From a virus (taxonomy: Duplodnaviria; Caudoviricetes): a stretch of DNA of 25,447 nt. The position numbers were made by a program, and so were the translations under genes. Below the pieces are notes generated by a model, which was not told the origin of the DNA, made no database searches, and was given only the letters and a program-made list of their open reading frames with translations. Every line of letters starts with the position of its first letter. Position 1 is the stretch's first letter. The stretch is from positions 1 through 25,447 of IMG/VR virus record IMGVR_UViG_3300042888_004067; one strand, given 5' to 3'. Positions 25,051-25,447 of the stretch are shown here, piece by piece.

Positions 25051-25058
25051 CAAATATA
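25051..25058 (-). promoter_or_regulatory. Bacteroidota-type -7 box (TATATTTG)
   Basis: caaatata on +, 33 nt upstream of the 25018 start. Confidence 0.6.
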
Positions 25059-25105
25059 AATATTATTTTTTATAATACGATATATTTTTTAAGATATTTT
25101 ATATT

Positions 25106-25447
25106 TTATTTATTATTTAATTCCTTTAATGTGTTTTCAACCATTTTTCTGCAATTGTCTGGAACAATAAAAAATAACACCGCTTCTAAACTAGTTTTAG
25201 CTATCACATATTTTTGCTCTAAAACTTTTAATTCATCTTTTTGTATTGTTTCTTTTTTTGCAATAGTTTTAAGTAGTGTTGATTGCTCTTTTACTTGACT
25301 AGAAACCGATTTTAGTTCTGCATCTAATTTTTCTTTTTGCTTGTCAGCATCTTTTTGTCTTTGTATTGCTTCTTGCCTTAATTTTTCGTTTTCTAAACGC
25401 AAGTTTTCCTTTTCCTCTGCTTCGGCTTTTGCTTTTTGCTCTTGTTC
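25106..25447 (-). CDS. Coiled-coil protein, 5'-truncated by the window edge
   Basis: Frame stays open upstream of the TTG at 25402 (EQEQKAKAEAEEKENLRLENE...) up to the window end. Confidence 0.7.
   Translation of the reverse strand, partial: EQEQKAKAEAEEKENLRLENEKLRQEAIQRQKDADKQKEKLDAELKSVSSQVKEQSTLLKTIAKKETIQKDELKVLEQKYVIAKTSLEAVLFFIVPDNCRKMVENTLKELNNK

Noticed and set aside
204-25298. Plus-strand ORFs in the supplied track (e.g. 204..416, 6506..6904, 10756..11169, 11333..11590, 15660..16034, 16851..17123, 25020..25298)
   Set aside because: They lie antisense to well-supported minus-strand genes and have the Ser/Phe/Leu-rich composition of shadow frames; the poly-Leu and Phe-Ser ORFs just mirror the GE repeat.
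1-25447. Eukaryotic virus origin or alternative genetic code
   Set aside because: Peptidoglycan hydrolases, operonic overlaps, an intrinsic terminator and Bacteroidota promoter boxes indicate a bacterial host; ORFs tile densely under the standard bacterial code, with TGA stops in ATGA overlaps and no sign of read-through.

Overview
AT-rich, gene-dense fragment of a bacterial virus or provirus. The host is most likely Bacteroidota/Flavobacteriia: TAnnTTTG promoter boxes precede several genes, and genes are coupled by ATGA/TAATG overlaps with A/T-rich leaders. Nearly everything is on the minus strand. Reading right to left: (1) HTH regulators and a phage replication module (Phg_2220_C-type initiator, putative loader, SSB-like protein); (2) a surface/glycan-modification block (GT2, LpxA-like acyltransferase, outer-membrane beta-barrel, GT2, GT4); (3) a lone plus-strand 39-aa membrane peptide gene followed by a bidirectional terminator; (4) a ~13.5-kb operon of multi-module polyvalent proteins (DUF5661-like, sliding-clamp-like, ART-PolyVal-like, ArdA) surrounding a MoxR-type AAA+ ATPase, a vWA-like partner and an acidic repeat protein; (5) small membrane proteins, a Tlr6F/DUF5754-like protein and two lytic transglycosylases. 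The strongest unexplained signal is a recurring [FYML]-x-x-G-G motif, with 17 copies counted by eye in three proteins. It sits at module borders, including directly before an ArdA domain, suggesting a protease-processed or docking-tagged virion cargo polyprotein system. No capsid, terminase, protease, integrase, tRNA, rRNA or CRISPR array is visible. All family calls come from motif recognition, not database searches.
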